Assembly: GCA_032718475.1 (NCBI GenBank)
Contig: JAUCBJ010007177.1
Coordinates: 92,072 to 156,071, forward strand
Length of the DNA stretch: 64,000 nt
Direction: 5' to 3'
Origin: Nemertoderma westbladi
Taxonomy: Eukaryota; Animalia; Xenacoelomorpha
Below, in pieces: positions 62,644 to 64,000 of this stretch (its first letter is position 1; every line of letters starts with the position of its first letter). The translations under genes and the position numbers were made by a program. The notes below the pieces were generated by a model. It did no database searches and was not told the DNA's origin. It saw only the letters and a list, made by a program, of their open reading frames with translations.

Positions 62644-62771
62644 GGCCTCAACCCTAATTAAAACTGTCATGTAACCCTAACCCTAAGTCATAATCTAAGA
62701 AATTCCGCTAAATTTCTTAGATTATGACTTAGGGTTAGGGTTACATGACAGTTTTAATTAGGGTTGAGGCC
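62644..62771. repeat. Perfect 61-bp-arm inverted repeat with a 6-nt loop, containing TTAGGG/CCCTAA hexamers
   Basis: 62644-62704 is the exact reverse complement of 62711-62771; the loop is CCGCTA. Confidence 0.92.
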
Positions 62772-62979
62772 GCCACTACTGTAACCAGCGAATTTCATAC
62801 AGTATAAAAATCCAATGGCCGTGTAGGTACCCCATACCTGCAAACTGCATATTCCCGGCCTCCCTATGTACTACTGAGGTACCGGTACTTGGCTTGGCAG
62901 ACTTTTGACTTGACTGTTGGCCCGGCAAAGACACATCCGGCTAATATCCGGATAATATCCAGTTAAACCCCGCTAGCTT

Positions 62980-63255
62980 GGTTTTTAGCGTATTAATATC
63001 CGGCTGATAACTGGATAATGGTATCCGGTAATTCGCTGGAGAAAATATCCACTAGAAATCGTTGATTTAGCGTCACTTTAGCCTGTGAATAAATCGACCC
63101 AGTAAATAGCAGGTTTTTAGCGTATTAATATCCGGCTAATAACTGGATAATGGTATCCTGTAATTCGCTGGAGAAAATATCCACTAAAAATCGTTGATTT
63201 AGCGTCACTTTAGCGTGTGAATAAATCGACCCAATAAATAGCCGAGTTTTAGCTT
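62980..63255. repeat. 132-bp tandem dimer, probably internal to a non-autonomous DNA element
   Basis: GTTTTTAGCGTATTAATATCCGGCT... starts at 62981 and again at 63113. Confidence 0.85.
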
Positions 63256-63381
63256 ATAGTTTAGCATGTAGAGGAGCTAAAACTAGCTGAGAGTAGCGGG
63301 ATTTTAGCACCAATTTAGTCGCTAAATATAGAATTAAATAGCGGTGTTCTAGCGACTGAGAGATGGTGGATGGAGACGTGT

Positions 63382-63541
63382 GGGGGGGGGGGGGGGGGGG
63401 GGGGGGTGGGTTGTACCTGACACATATCCTATCTCGGTGAATTAATATCTCTTCTCAATGTTAAATTACTATTATTTTATGAAAAGGTGCAGGATAGAGT
63501 GGCACGTTATCCAGAGGGAAGGGGGGGGGGGGGGGGGGGGG
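63382..63541 (+). repeat. Two poly-G tracts (G-quadruplex-prone)
   Basis: G runs of more than 20 nt at about 63382-63406 and 63521-63541. Confidence 0.8.
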
Positions 63542-64000
63542 TTCAACGTTCAACGTCCCCCCGGGCGCACTGACTCAGGGGCTCTGAAATGTCAGGGAAT
63601 TCTTGTAAAAATAGGACAAATCAGTGAAAATTCAGGGATTGTGATACAGTATTTACAGGACATGTGTCTATAAGCGAAAATGTGGAAAAATTTTATCTGC
63701 TCGCTTCGCTCGCCATTCTCTATATTATAAGTGCACTAGGGATGCCACTGAGCCACAGAGCTCCGGTTCCGGCAATCCGGAGCTCCGGGCCAATTTTCTG
63801 GTTCCGGCTCCGGGCAAATTAATCCGGAGCCAATCCGGATCTTATGTTGTTGAAATTGGAATTAAAATAATAAGTTTTTCTGATGTATGAATTATGTAAA
63901 TATCATAGTAATTAACATAATAACTCATTAGTAATTTACAGGTTGTTTTTTTGAGTTTCCTGATAACCCCCCACCCCCCTTGTGAAATTGTTTAAATATT

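Overview
Eukaryotic, probably invertebrate, genomic DNA. (1) 1-29687 is a ~30 kb satellite (46/47-bp unit). The unit is an amplified copy of the last 36 nt of a PRP8 coding exon plus its 5' splice donor, and the real 192-bp exon (29650-29841, minus strand) sits at the array edge. (2) A second, 32-bp minisatellite (31417-57976) is interrupted by a full-length 18.75-kb Bel/Pao LTR retrotransposon (33619-52369, minus strand, two 2169-bp LTRs, 5-bp TSD CACTG). The element is unusual. It carries an extra 1224-aa ORF with a DEDDy-type 3'-5' exonuclease domain and three CCHC knuckles. It has no canonical TGG tRNA PBS at the LTR edge, but a 10-nt PBS complementary to its own LTR, suggesting Tf1-like self-priming. 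It has six dispersed copies of a 17-18-bp palindrome lying in all three reading frames, and a plausible spliced subgenomic mRNA for the extra ORF. Its integrase is broken by a small deletion. (3) A PINX1-like G-patch gene (58143-58793, minus) is followed by small repeats and MITE-like hairpins. All calls come from reading the sequence by eye; no database searches were run.
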